A stretch of DNA of 64,000 nucleotides from Dendrobates tinctorius. Taxonomy: Eukaryota. The notes beneath the pieces were generated by a model. That model was not told where the DNA came from, searched no databases, and saw only the letters and a program-made list of their open reading frames with translations. Numbering within the stretch: the first letter of the stretch is position 1; the number at the start of each line of letters is the position of its first letter. Position numbers and translations under genes: made by a program. Shown piece after piece: positions 26,669 to 39,774 of the stretch. The DNA lies in the NCBI RefSeq assembly GCF_039654945.1, contig NW_027361703.1, positions 28,086,001-28,150,000 on the forward strand, read 5' to 3'.

Positions 26669-27489
26669 TTAAGATTACAGGTGAAAAGATTCCTCTTGTA
26701 CCCCAGATAGCCTTCCTTTCAGTACTACTAGGATCCTTTAGATTGCAGAAACGCAGTCTCCTACGTTTTTGCCTGGCTGCGGCATGCTCGGTAATTCCCA
26801 GGCACTGGCGACCAATGGCAACCCCATCTATGTCTGAATGGCAGCATGAGCTGTCACACATATGCTACATGGAGGAATTATCTTCAGAAGCATCCGGCGA
26901 CCATAACAAATTTATCCAAGTCTGGCAGCCCTGGTCCTACTGAGGGATTCACCAAACTTCCAATCATTATTTACCTGATCAAGACCATTGGTAGGTGACA
27001 TCAGCTGCACAAGCTCTCCTCCTCCCCTTTTTTATCTCTCCCTTCTCTTTCTTTGTCTCTCTCTTTTTCCCCTCTTCCATTCCTCCTTTCCCTTCCATTC
27101 GTACCATTAGCATTTCATCTTTTTGTTAAATAATTCAGAATATACAGTTATCGGGTCAATTTTGCTCCCCGGCCAGGTGAACATAACGGAATTTTTTAAG
27201 TTAATGCACAGCTCTTGTTATTGTTATGTAAGGTGTTTTTAAACACAATTAACATAGTAAGTAGTGTACGTCATCTGTTACTCATTGTTTTGAAATATTC
27301 TTGGCAATATCTTGGCTTGATTGCCTTTGTTAGCGACTTGAGTGGCCGGGATTCATATGTATCTTGTAAATGTCTGTTTGTTAGGTGAGAAAATTCAATA
27401 AAAACGATTGGACAAAAATATTAGCTTCCATATTTTAGCATAATACATAACTTTTTTACATTTCATGACTTTGTTAGTACAGCAATTAA

Positions 27490-28678
27490 CCCCTTTCCGA
27501 CGTTCGGTGTAATAGTACGCCCACGTCGGACTCCCTCCCTTTGAAGTGGGCTCCGGCACTGAGCCCACATCTTTCCTGGCACATGGCAGGTGTTTTGAAC
27601 AGCTGACATGTGCCTCTAACATCCGTGGGTGGAATCGCGATCCACCATGGCTGTTAACTTGTTAAATGCCGCTGTCAATCTCTGACAGCAGCATTTAACT
27701 TGCGCTTCCGTTAATCACGCCACAAATCCTGCCCATTGGCGACCCCATCGCGGGTCACCGATGGGTTGGCATGACAACTAGAGGTCTCCAGCAGACCTCT
27801 ATGGATGTCATAGCAGGATTGCTATGAGCGCCGCCTGGTGGTCGGCGCTCATAGCAAGTGAGCATTTATGCTACATCATCACCTGTATGAAGCAGAGCCG
27901 ATCAGACAACTGCAGCTAATGGTCTCCCATGGAGACTATTGAAGCATGCAAAAAGTAAAAGAAAAAAGTTTTTAAAAATATTAATAAAAAAATAAAAGTT
28001 CAAATTACCCCTTTCACCCCATTCAAAATAAAACAATAAAAAAACAAACATACACATATTTGGTATCACCACAGTCAGAATCGACCGATCTATCAATATA
28101 AAAAAAGAATTATCCAGATCGGTAAATGGCATAATGAGAACAAAATTTAAAACCCCCAAATTATGTTTTTTTCGTCTCCGCTACATTGCAATAAAATGCA
28201 ATAACAGGCAATCAAAAGATCATATCTGCACCAAAATAGTATAAATAAAATTGTCAGCTTGGCGCGCAAAATTCAGCCCTCACCCAGCCCCAAATCATGA
28301 AAAATGGAGATACTACAGGTCTTGGAAAATGGCCCGATTTTTTTTTTTTAACAAAGTTGGATTTTTTTTTTCACCACTTAAATAAAAAAGAACCTAGACA
28401 TGTTTGGTGTCTATGAACTCGTAATGACCTGGAGAATCATAATGGCTGGTCAGTTTTAGTATTTAGTGAACATGGTAAAATAAAAAAAGCTACTGCGGAA
28501 TTGCACTTTTTTTTGCAATTTCACCGTGCTTGGAATTTTTTTCCCTGTTTTCCAGTACATGATATGTTAAAACCAATGGTGTTGTTCAAAAGTACTTGTC
28601 CCACAAAAAACAAGCCTGGGAAGAAGGGGAGCAAAAAACAAAAATGCAGAAACAAAAATACCTCTGGTCATGAAGGGG
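27490..28678 (+). mobile_element. piggyBac-type TTAA MITE related to 25423-26668
   Basis: TTAA|cccctt ... aagggg|TTAA; colinear similarity with the previous copy. Confidence 0.85.
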
Positions 28679-28790
28679 TTAATAGTGTTATTACTAGTAT
28701 AAATGCAGACCTGTTATGACATGTTTCCACACAGAATATATGCTGCAATTTTACCACTGTGTTAGGCTCCCTTCACATGTCCGTGTTTAA

Positions 28791-29250
28791 CCCCTTTGTG
28801 CCGCAGCCCGTTTTCATTTTTGGGTTTCTGTTTTTTGCTCCCCTTCTTCACAGGGGCATAACTTTTTTATTTTTCCATCAATATGGCTGTGGGAGGACTT
28901 GTTTTTTTTCTGTACGAGTTGTACTTTTGAACTACACCATTGCTTTTATCATATAGTGTACAGAAAAACAGTAAAAAAAAATTTGAGTGTGGTGAAATTG
29001 CAAAAAAGTGTAATTCCACAATTGTTTTTTTTTTTATTCATGTTCACCAAATGCTAAAACACACCTGCCATTATGGTTCTCCAGGTCATTATGAGTTCGT
29101 AGATATCAAACATATGTAGGTTCTTTTTTATTTAAGTGGTGAAAAAAAATTCCAAAGTTTGTTAAAAGAAAATAAATAGAAAATTGCCTCATTTTCCAAG
29201 ACCTGTAGGGCCTCTATTTTTTGTGATCTGGAGCTGGGTGAGCGCTTATT
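28791..29250 (-). mobile_element. Truncated inverted copy of the same MITE family
   Basis: TTAA|cccctt terminus; reverse complement of the 28270-28680 type sequence. Confidence 0.7.
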
Positions 29251-29575
29251 TCACATTTCACTACCTGTGCACTCGACCTGATCCCATCCCACTTCATCCC
29301 AAACCATACCACTGCATTCATCCCAACCCTAACTCATCTCTTCAACCTATCCCTAACAACTGGTGTATTACACTCATGTTTCAAACATGCCTCAATCACA
29401 CCCATCCTCCAAAAGCCCTCCCTTGACCCATCCTCTCTGTCTATCTATCACCCCAATATCACTTCTCCCTTATTCCTCAAAACTACTGGAGCAACATGTC
29501 TATCTTTAGCTGTCCTTCCAACTCTCTTCCTGTTCACTCCTTGACTGCTTACAATCTGTTTTCTGATCATGTCAA

Positions 29576-30784
29576 TGGATCGCCTGCCAGGGCAGTGGGG
29601 TACTCGGTACCGGGCCTGTATCTCAGAGGGAAGTGTCACAGTAGCGGTGACCCGGTCCGTGGCCCTGGGCGTCCATGTAAAAGAAAGTTGAGCGTGGCTG
29701 ATTAAAGTTTATAAGTGGATGATTCGTGATGCCACCTGTGGTCTCTGGTCAGTTTGACCAGTGCTGCAGGGTTGCTTCTCTGGGACAGAGGTGCAGCAAT
29801 GATATTGAAGCTCCCCACAGGTGGAGCTGTAGTCCCAGGGCAGAGTAGGTGAAGGTGGTAAATGGGGAGATGGTGTTAAGATGTAGATGTAGCAGAGCCG
29901 GGTGTAAGGCGCAAGTGCAGGACACAAGGGCATGTAGTTCCAAGGCTTTACTCACAGTCTGGTGCACACAGATGCCTGCTTCGGTGCCGTGTCCTTCAGG
30001 TCAGGGGCTCAGCCAACTCCCAGGCAAGGTAAAGGACACCTTTCCAGCACTCCTCCAAAATGTGCCTTCTCTGAACGTCTCCACACTAGCGCCTAATCTG
30101 AAGTACTTGTAGTTGCGTATTAAAATCAAGTAACTCCTTCTTGATGTTACTTAGAATTCTACTTGAACGGCAGACAGCTGTAGCCTGCTTCAGGGACTCC
30201 TTGCTATCATGTCCCGGCTCACCCACGTTGCTGTTGTGCCCCCAAGTCTTAGATGGGAATAAAGTGGTGATGACTTCTATTCCTCCGGTTTCTGCTGCAG
30301 GAACATCAGTAACCATACAACCTCGGGGACCGGACCCCGGCCATGCGCTTCAAACTTGAGGAAGGGCTCTGCTCTGACCCTAGTCCTTAGGTCTCTTCTT
30401 CTCCTTAAGTTCTGTACTAAACTAAATTCCTTCTGAAGAATCAGGCTTTCTATGGCTCATTCATGTGCCAGCAGCTCCAGGTCACAGGAGTCTGCTGCAG
30501 CACTTCCTTTACTCCATCCCTCTCAGGGGATCTTCTCTCACAGACTGACCTTTTCCTAATATTCTCCAGCTCTCTTATGCAGTCTAAGCTCCACCCACCT
30601 CCCAGCACTCTTCGTGTTCCAAGCAGGGAGCCACAAAGGTTGCTCTGCTACACTACTGGTGTGCGTGTGGGATGTGAGTGTTGGAGTGTGGTCAGGTGTC
30701 TCCACCTTACCTGGTTAGTGGGATACCACACCTCAGGAGGAGCTGCAGTACCTCTGTGGCGACTGAACCCTCAGGGGCGCCACA
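29576..30784 (-). mobile_element. Solo LTR
   Basis: TG...CA termini; TSD tcaa/tcat (one mismatch); homologous to 33031-34199. Confidence 0.8.
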
Positions 30785-31253
30785 TCATTCAATTGAAAAC
30801 GCCATCACTAAAGTTACCAATGACCTACAGTACTAACTACCAAATCCAAGTGACACTACTCTGTCCTCCTGGACCTGTCATCTGCTTTTGACACAGTGGA
30901 CCATTCCCTTTTACTACAGATTCTCTCATCTCTTGACATCACAGATTTGGCCCTATATTGGATCTCTTCACACCTAATACACTGTACATTCAGCATCTCC
31001 CACTCACACACCATCTCACCCCCTATCTGTCAGTGTCCCCCATGGTTCATGCTCTTCTTAATTTACACCTTCGGCCTGGGACAGCTGATAAGAGTTGCAT
31101 GGCTTTCAGTATCACCTCTTTGCTGATGATACACAGATCTACCTCTCTGGACCCAATATCACCTTATTACTAACAGGAATCCCACAATGTCTGTACGCTA
31201 TCTCATTCTTCTTTTCTGCTCGATTTCTAAAACTTAACACAAACAAAACAGAA

Positions 31254-32721
31254 AGAAACAGCAAAAGAGAATTTTATGATTTTGTGGCATTTTTGAACGA
31301 CACCAATAATGAAAATATGCGGTTTACATCCATTTTCGTAGGAAATAGCTTGATTTTTTGGATATTGATATTACCATAAAAAATGATGCAATCATTATGA
31401 AGGTTCATTGAAAAATAACTGCTACAAATTCTTTGTTACATTTTGAGTCAGCACACCTTTACTATACTAAAAGAAGTTTGCCTTATAGTCATATGTTGCG
31501 ATTGAGGAAAATAAATAATGATCATGATACATTTAAGGAACAAATGAAAGATCTCAAATCCCGTTTTATTAATAGAGGATATCCCTCAGCAATACTAAAT
31601 GAAGCTGCAGATCGTGTTTCCAATCTTTCACAAACTGATATATTGAGAAAAAATACTGTCCGACACCAGGTAGCAATAATAATAGTAAAAAAAAGTGCCA
31701 CAACTCAGGAAAAATTTTTTAATTTTTGCTTTAAACACAGCCCTTTGGATAAGGTCATTCATGCATCGATCCGTAAAAATTGGCATGTATTAAATACTGA
31801 TAAGGACCTTAACAAATTGTGCAAAATTAAACCTCGTTTTTCCTACAAGAGGACTATAATCTCACTGATTTATTGGTGCATAATCGCATTTGTAATACAC
31901 AGGAAACCTGGTTAACTTCAAATGTTCCAAAAGGAAATTTTAAATGTGGTGACTGCAGTTTTTGTAATCAACATTTAACTGGTAATTCTTTACAGATCGG
32001 CCCCATTCATCATAAAATATGGGATTTAATCACTGGTAAAACAAAATTTGTGGTTTATATAGTTTTTTGTCCCGGTTTTCATTACAATATAGGGAAGACA
32101 ATAAGACCTATGTTTGTACTGTTTCAGGAACATGTCCGTCCCATTTCAACAGGTAAAGGATCTTTGAGGCCAATAAAACATGTTCAGGAGGAGCATGGTT
32201 CTAACCCACTGTGTTTGAAGTTTGGAAGTAGTGAAGTTTCCACCAGGAGGTGGTGATCACAATAAATCACTGTTGCAACGTGAAGCAAGGTGGATTATCA
32301 AAACTAACGCACAAGGAGTATTGGAGTTGAACGATAGATTAGATTATTCTGTGTTCCTAAGACATTGTATTAATTTTTTGGTTGCTTACAATCAGTAAAT
32401 AGATGTATTTTGCATTGTTTTTAAATTAAGAAAAAGAAAAAAAACAGTTTTTTTCGCTGTTTTTAATTTGAATATGTAAATGATGTATATGGTAATTCTT
32501 GATTACAAGCCCTATAAAAGGAAATGACGGTGTAATTGATACATCTGGACCTGTTGAAGCGCGTATAACGCGAAACAGTTGTAGTCTTGTTCTTTCTCTG
32601 CAGTTTGTTCACGTACCTAGCCCTATGTTAACCTTGTCCAACTGATCCAATAAAGGACTTTGGTTTTTTAACGGAGTTGAAGAGTGCTGCATTTTTTCTC
32701 CGTCTGGATTTTTGTTTTGTT
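31254..32721 (+). mobile_element. 5'-truncated Penelope-like element (RT thumb, GIY-YIG endonuclease, pLTR)
   Basis: KRSLPYSHMLRLRKIN...RFINRGYP; CGDCSFC; VVYIVFC...NIGKTIR; LLQREARWI...GLN; 15-bp TSD acaaacaaaacagaa. Confidence 0.9.
32548..32586 (+). ncRNA. Degenerate Penelope pLTR hammerhead
   Basis: gac-CTGTTGA-a-gcgcgtataacgc-GAAA-cagttg-TA-gtc; one core mutation. Confidence 0.7.
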
Positions 32722-33030
32722 ACAAACAAAACAGAATTCATCATCTTTCTCCCATCTCACATAACCCCCCCAACAGAACTATCCATTAAAGTAAATGGCT
32801 GCTCACTCTCCCCAGTCCCACAAGCTCGCTGCCTCGGGGTAACCCTGAACTCTAATCTCTCCTTCAAACCACATATACAAGCCCTTTCCACTTCCTGCTA
32901 ACCTCAACTCAAAGATATTTCTGTACATTCCTTAATCAAGAATCTGCAAAAACAATAGTGCATCCCCACATCATATCCTGCCTCCTGTCTCCACATACAA
33001 CCAGCTCTACCCTCACCTAATGTATCCTCA

Positions 33031-34199
33031 TGAAGGGCCCCAGGGGCCATGGGTTACTCGGTACCGGGCCAGTGACTTAAAGGGATGTGTTACAGTGGCA
33101 GTGACCTGGTCCGTGGCCTCAGACGTTCATATAAAAGAGGTGGAAGGGATGGGGAATAAAGTTTGTGTGTAAGTCGTGATGCTACCTGTGGTGTTCTGGT
33201 CAGGGTAACCAGCGTTGCAGTACAGATCCTCTGGGACAGATGGTAAGAGAATTGGAAAAGCTCTCCACAGGCAGAGCTGTAGTCCCAGGGCAGTTGAGAT
33301 GAGTTTAGAGATGGTGAGGTAGTGTGGAGTGAAGGATGTAGCAGTGCCAGGTTGGTGACGCAGAAAAAAGGTAGAGGGCACAGTTGCATGCAGTTCTAAG
33401 GCTTTACTTACAGTCTGGTGCACACAGATGCCCACTTCAGTGCTGTGTTCTCCAGGTGAGGGGTCCAGCCAACTTCCAGGTAAAATGAAGTACACTCTTC
33501 CAGCACTCCCTGTCAGTATGTACTCCTTTCCTGGCCGTTTCCACACAATATGCTGCTTTCCACTTTCCTTCCTTTCCAGCACTTCACAATTAACATCCCA
33601 GGCCAGCAGCTGTGAATCCTATCAGACAACGTGTACCCTTCACTTCTGTTATCCTATGTAGCTGCCTTTCTGGTAAGAATAACTGTGGTAGGGGCTGTGG
33701 TCCATAAAGCCACCACAGCTATTCGCTTGCTAGTAGCTCCCTGAAGTACGCTCACTAGGCTAGAGGCAGTGACCCTTTGCGACCATGTTTCTTCCCCACC
33801 TGATGTCTGTCAGCATGGAATGAGCCCCTTGGGGAGTACGCTCCAACCGTGTCTCAGAAGAACCACCTTTTCTTTTAGGGAGCTTTCTGTCCAAGCCAAT
33901 GCGTCCAGCAACTCCTGCTGACTGGAGCTGCACAAGACACGTTCGTCTCCTTCCCTCCCTCTGAGGGAACTCTCCTCAATTCCTATAATTCTCCCGCTCT
34001 CAATGTACACTCCACCCACCTCCCAACACCCTTCGTATTCCAAAGCAGGGGCCATAAAGGGTGCTCTGCTATGCTACGTGTGTGTGGGATGTGGGTGTGG
34101 AATGTGGTCAGGTGTCTCCACCTTACCTGGTTGTGGGATACCACACCTCTGGGTGAGGTGCAATATCTCTGTGGTGACTGGACCCTCAGGGGTGCCACA
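33031..34199 (-). mobile_element. Solo LTR
   Basis: TGAAG...CCACA termini; exact 4-bp TSD ctca. Confidence 0.85.
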
Positions 34200-34367
34200 C
34201 TCACCCATCCATCCCTTTTAGACTGTGAGCCCTGGCGGGCAGGGTCCCCTCTTCTCCTGTACCAGTTGATGACTTGTATTGTTTAAGATCTTTGCACTAA
34301 TTTTTTTAATATGTATACTGCTTTTTTCATGTAAAGCATCATGGAATAAATGGTGCTATAATATTAA

Positions 34368-36917
34368 TCTAATATCTAAAGCTCAAAGTGTGTATGTGTG
34401 TATGTGTGTATGTTTGTTTGTATGTCCGGGATAGGCATCAGCACCATCGCAACTACAGCCACAAAATTTGGCACAGTCACACGTCTGGACCCCGAGAGTG
34501 TCCTAAGCTATGTTGTGAGGCAAAATTTTAACCCCGCGCGTTCCAATTCACCAAACAATGTTGCCCCTATCTACATACTGGGGGGAAAAGTGTGTGCGCG
34601 TCAAGCCCCACCCCTCATTGTGATGTCACAATGCCCCTATTTGCATACTGGGGAAGCAGTGTGTGTGCGCCAAGCCCCGCCCCTCATTATGATGTCACAA
34701 TGGTTGCCATGGCGATGCTGATGTCATCAAAGGTTGCAAGCCCCACCGCCGCTCATTATGATGTCATAATGGTTGACTATGAGATGGAGGATGTGTGATG
34801 AGTATATGGGCACCGGACTATGGGATGGAGGATATGTATGACAGGTATATGGGAACAACACTATGGGATGGAGGATATGTATATGGGCACGGGACTATGG
34901 GAGGGAGGATATGTATGATGGGTATATGGGAACGGGACTATGGGATGGAGGATGTGTGATGGGTATGTCATGTCCGCCATGTTTGTCATGTCTGTTTTGT
35001 CTCAAGAACTCCTGGAGCGATGTGCATATCTTGTCTGCTGTCCTGCATGTTCGCTAGAGCAGTGTGCACACTCACCTCATGTCTGAGCTGCAGGATGCCT
35101 GCGTTTCTGCTCTGCCTTCTGTGATCTTCTCGTCTTGTCTAGAGTCCCTGATCATGTGTCCCTGTCTAGATCCTGCACTGTCTGGTTCTGCAATCGTCTC
35201 GTCATGTCTGGAACTCTGATCATGTGACTGTGCTCTGTTATCCTGTGGATCTGAACCCGGAAGTGCTGCCCTGGTCCTGACCTGGAAGAGGAGGTGCTAT
35301 GCCACATATCAGGCCGCCCCTTCCTATGCTCAGGGCCTGAGTATTCTGTGACGGACTCAGCTCCTGCTGAGCCCATTTTTTGAGTGGACCCTCTGGGTCA
35401 TGGCACCCACCCACCGAGGGCGAGCTTACCTTGTGAGAATCCACCCCCTATACAGGGAGTGTCAGGGGCACCTTGCACGTTTTGCTTGTTTACACTGTAT
35501 TTGATCATGAGTTATCCTAATGAAGTTACCTTGCACCTACGTCTTGTCTCGTCTTGCTTCCTGCTTGTCCTTGTCGTCAGACACTCGTCTAGTGTCCCCT
35601 GAGCCGGCCGTCTGGTTCCAGCAGTCGTGGTGGCTCACCCCCTTGGTCTTGCCCCTGACACTCCCTGTATAGGGGGTGGATTCTCACAAGGTAAGCTCGC
35701 CCTCGGTGGGTGGGTGCCATGACCCAGAGGGTCCACTCAAAAAATGGGCTCAGCAGGAGCTGAGTCTGTCACAGAATACTCAGGCCCTGAGCATAGGAAG
35801 GGGCGGCCTGATATGTGGCATAGCACCTCCTCTTCCAGGTCAGGACCAGGGGAGCACTTCCGGGTTCAGATCCACAGGATAACAGAGCACAGTCACATGA
35901 TCAGAGTTCCAGACATGACGAGACGATTGCAGAACCAGACAGTGCAGGATCTAGACAGGGACACATGATCAGGGACTCTAGACAAGACGAGAAGATCACA
36001 GAAGGCAGAGCAGAAACGCAGGCATCCTGCAGCTCAGACATGAGTTGAGTGTGCACACTGCTCTAGCGAACATGCAGGACAGCAGACAAGATATGCACAT
36101 CGCTCCAGGAGTTCTTGAGACAAAACAGACATGACAAACATGGCGGACATGACAGGGTATATGGGCACTGGACTATGGGATGGAGGATATGTATGACGGG
36201 TATATGGGCACGGGACTATGGGATGGCGGATATGTATATGGGTACGGGACTATGGGATGGAAGATGTGTGATGGTATATGGGCACTGGACTATGGAATAG
36301 AGGATATGTTTGACGGGTATATGGGCACGGGACTATGGGATGGTGGATATGTATATGGGCACGGGATTATGGGATGGAGAATGTGTGATGGGTATACGGG
36401 CACTGGACTATAGGATGGAGGATATGTATGACGGGTATATGGGCACGGGACTATGAGATGGCGGATATGTATGATGGGTATATGGGCACTCGACTATGGG
36501 ATGGAGGATATGTATGATGGGTATATGGGCACGGGACTATGAGATGAAGGATGTGTGATGGGTATATGGGCACTCGACTATGGGATGGCGAATATGTATG
36601 ATGGGTATATGGGCATGGGACTATGGGATGGAGAATATGTATGATGGGTATATGGGCATGGGACTATGGGATGGAGAATATGTATGATGGGTATATGGGC
36701 ATGGGACTATGGGATGGAGGATGTGTGATGGGTATATGGGCACTCGACTTTGGGATGGAGGATATGTATGATGGGTATATGGGCACGGGCCTATGGGATC
36801 GTGGATATGTATGATGGGTATATGGGCATGGGACTATGGGATGGAGGATAATTATAATTTTCTATAACTAACCATAGTTAGTTACTATGCCCGGTCAGCG
36901 CCGGGCTCTTCAGCTAG
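34368..36917 (+). mobile_element. Non-autonomous Helitron (same family as 24210) with a nested palindromic element
   Basis: A|TCTAATATCTAAAGCT ... gcccggtcagcgccgggc hairpin, CTAG|T. Confidence 0.85.
34966..36154. mobile_element. Palindromic LTR-like element: 505-bp inverted arms around a 179-bp spacer
   Basis: TGTCA...TGACA termini; 5-bp TSD gggta; 34966-35470 is the reverse complement of 35650-36154 with only a few mismatches. Confidence 0.9.
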
Positions 36918-37454
36918 TAAATAATAATAACAAATATAAGAAAACACCAAAAAAGGCAAAAAAAAATTACGTTTTAATGATGATTTTTCAACCAGAAAAA
37001 TATATATACAAGAACTTTGTGTGACGTTACTCTAAGGTTAAAATGTCAGTGTGCTCTCTGAATTTTTTTTTATCAGATAGCACACAGATCCATTGAGTAT
37101 GTTCAATTCTGATCTTCAAAATCTGATAAGAAAAGAGCATGCTCTGAGTGTCATGGATCTCACACTCCCTTATTTTCATGTATGTGTGAATTTATTCATG
37201 TAATTCTATGGATTAGGGTGTCGTCCGATATAAAAACTGTCAGCACTCAGACATTTTGCAGGGATATGTGAATGTAGCCTTGGAAGAGTTCAAAAGACCA
37301 CTTGTCTTGGATTTGTAGGTAATACAATGAGCACCTGAGGTTTTACATAAAATACAACCATCAATTATGCTGTTTGTACACTATGATTTCTATTTGTCAT
37401 ATTACTATTATTGTATATGTTATAACAATACAACAGCTGAAGATAGTTCACATA

Positions 37455-38456
37455 TCTAATATATAAAGCTCAAGTGTGTGTATGTATGTATGTATGTATG
37501 TATGTATGTATGTTTGTATGTATGTGTGTATGTATGTGTGTATGTCCGGGATGGGCATCCGCACCGTTGCAACTACAGCCACAAAATTTGGCACAGTCAC
37601 ACGTCTGGACCCCGAGAGCGTCCTAAGCTTGGTTGTGAGGCGAAATTTTAACCCCGCGCTTTCCAATTCACCAAACAATTTTGCCCCTATCTACAAACTG
37701 GGGAAAAAGTGTGTGCGTATCAAGCCCCGCCCCTCATTATGATGTCACAATGGTTGCCATGGCGATGCTGATGTCATCATAGGTTGCAAGGCCCAACGCT
37801 CATTATGATGTCATAATGGTTGACTATGGGATGGAGGATGTGTGATGGGTATATGGGCACTGGACTATGGGATGGAGGATATGTATGACGGGTATATGGG
37901 CACGGGACTATGGGATGGCGGATATGTATGATGGGTATATGGGCATTGGACTATGAGATGAAGGATGTGTGATGGGTATATGGGCACTTGACTATGGGAT
38001 GGTGAATATGTATGATGGGTATATGGGCATGGGACTATGGGAAGGAGAATATGTACGATGGGTATATGGGCACGGGCCTATGGAATGGAGGATGTGTGTG
38101 ATGAGTATATGGGCATGGGACTATGGGATGGAGGATGTGTGATGGGTATATGGGCATTGGACTATGGGATGGCGAATGTGTATGATGGGTATATGGGCAT
38201 GGGACTATGGGATGGAGGATGTGTGATGGGTATATGGGCATGGGACTATGGGATGGAGGATGTGTGATGGGTATATGGGCACTCGACTATGGGATGGAGG
38301 ATATGTATGATGGGTATATGGGCACGGGCCTATGGGATCGTGGATATGTATGATGGGTATATGGGCACGGGACTATGGGATGGAGGATAATTATAATTTG
38401 CTATAACTAACCACAGTTAGTTACTATGCCCGGGCAGCGCTGGGCTCTTCAGCTAG
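37455..38456 (+). mobile_element. Non-autonomous Helitron (third copy)
   Basis: A|TCTAATATATAAAGCT, (TGTA)n, minisatellite, hairpin, CTAG|T. Confidence 0.88.
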
Positions 38457-38973
38457 TAAAAATATATATCTCAGCTTAGGGCAGAGAAAAAGATGGTAAA
38501 AAATCCTGCTTGAAAGGTCAACACAATGGGACTCTCCTATGTGCTGATTGTGTGCATGGTGTTAAATGTTAGGTTCTACCACCTATTGTGAACACATAAA
38601 GGACTTAATTTTTACTAATGCACATATGTTTAGTTTTGATCTAAAATACACGTACAAATTTCCCAAGATTTATTAAACAACTAACACTTCATCATTATTA
38701 GAACAGCAATTTCCAGCCAATTAAGAAGTCAGTGGGAGATACAAAAGATAATTAGACTTTTAAATAAGTTAATTGAAATGCAAAGCACCAACATAAAATA
38801 GAGGTTGTTGGAAGTGAGACTGCTACTTCTGATACTGTGACCTACATCTAGTATCTGCAAATTAACTATAATCAATTCAGCCCAAAACATTCAGATTTCA
38901 CCCATATGTCACTCAATTACATTTCTTTAATTTTACAGTATTGATTTTATTTTACTTAAATCTTTATTACTTA

Positions 38974-39774
38974 CTAGATGGAGGCCCAATGCTATCGCAT
39001 CGGGAGGGCAGTAGTGTCACGATAGGGGCAGGCTTTGCAGCGTTGAGAATCTCTCTCCCCATGTGCTCACCCACCTATCCAATCTCTCTTTCTCCATGTG
39101 CGGACTTCTCCCGTCTGTGCTCTCTTCTTTGACCTGTCTACCCCATGTGCTATCCCCCTTGTCTGCTGTCTCTCTCCTTCCTGTGCTGTGTTCTCCCCTC
39201 ATGTGCTGTCCCATTTGAGCTGTCTCCCCCTGTGCTCTGTCTCTCTCATCCCTGTGCACTTTCTCTCTCCCCCATTTGCTGTCTTCTCCTCTCATGTTAT
39301 CTCTTCTTTGACCTGGTGTATGCAGTGTGTGTGTGTGGTGAGTACGGCGTAAACAGTGTTTGTGTGTCGTGCGTACTGCGTATACAGTGTGTGTGTTGAG
39401 TATGGCATACACAGTGTACGTGTGTGTGTGCAGTGCATTTGTTGTATACAGTGTGTGTGTGGCGCGTATGGCATATACAGTGTGTGTGTGGTGCGTACGG
39501 CATATACAGTGTGTGTGGTGCATACAGCATATACAGTGTGTGTGTGGTGCGTACGGTGTATATAGTGTGTGTGTGTGTGTGTGTGGTGCGACAGTGTTCC
39601 GCTAGTGGTACCGTGCAAGAGGCTGGTACCACCAGCAGTTCCCATATTGACACACCCATCACTTGGGTGTCCCAATATGGCGGTCGGTGAACTTCCGTCA
39701 CTTGGAATTCTGGGATCCGGACACATCTGGAAGGAACAGGATATAAAGACATTACAAGGTAAGTATATATCAGA
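38974..39774 (-). mobile_element. Non-autonomous Helitron, second family, with CT- and TG-rich internal repeats
   Basis: Minus strand: A|TCTGATATATA ... cccgatgcgatagcattggg hairpin ... CTAG|T. Confidence 0.7.

Larger units (their letters stand above)
23460..27415 (+). mobile_element. 5'-truncated L1-clade LINE (ORF2 C-terminus and 3' UTR), split by a Helitron and a piggyBac-type MITE
   Basis: KSSGGPGLPD; YKILSRWY...CWRCGKESGTMLHIWWNC zinc knuckle; frame continues across the TTAA insert; AATAAA near 27397. Confidence 0.85.
29255..34366 (+). mobile_element. L2-type LINE in four pieces (29255-29575, 30785-31253, 32737-33030, 34200-34366)
   Basis: LDLSSAFDTVDHSLLL; YHLFADDTQIYLS; LNTNKTE|FIIF; L2 3' end (gactgtgagccc...atggtgctata). 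Confidence 0.85.
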
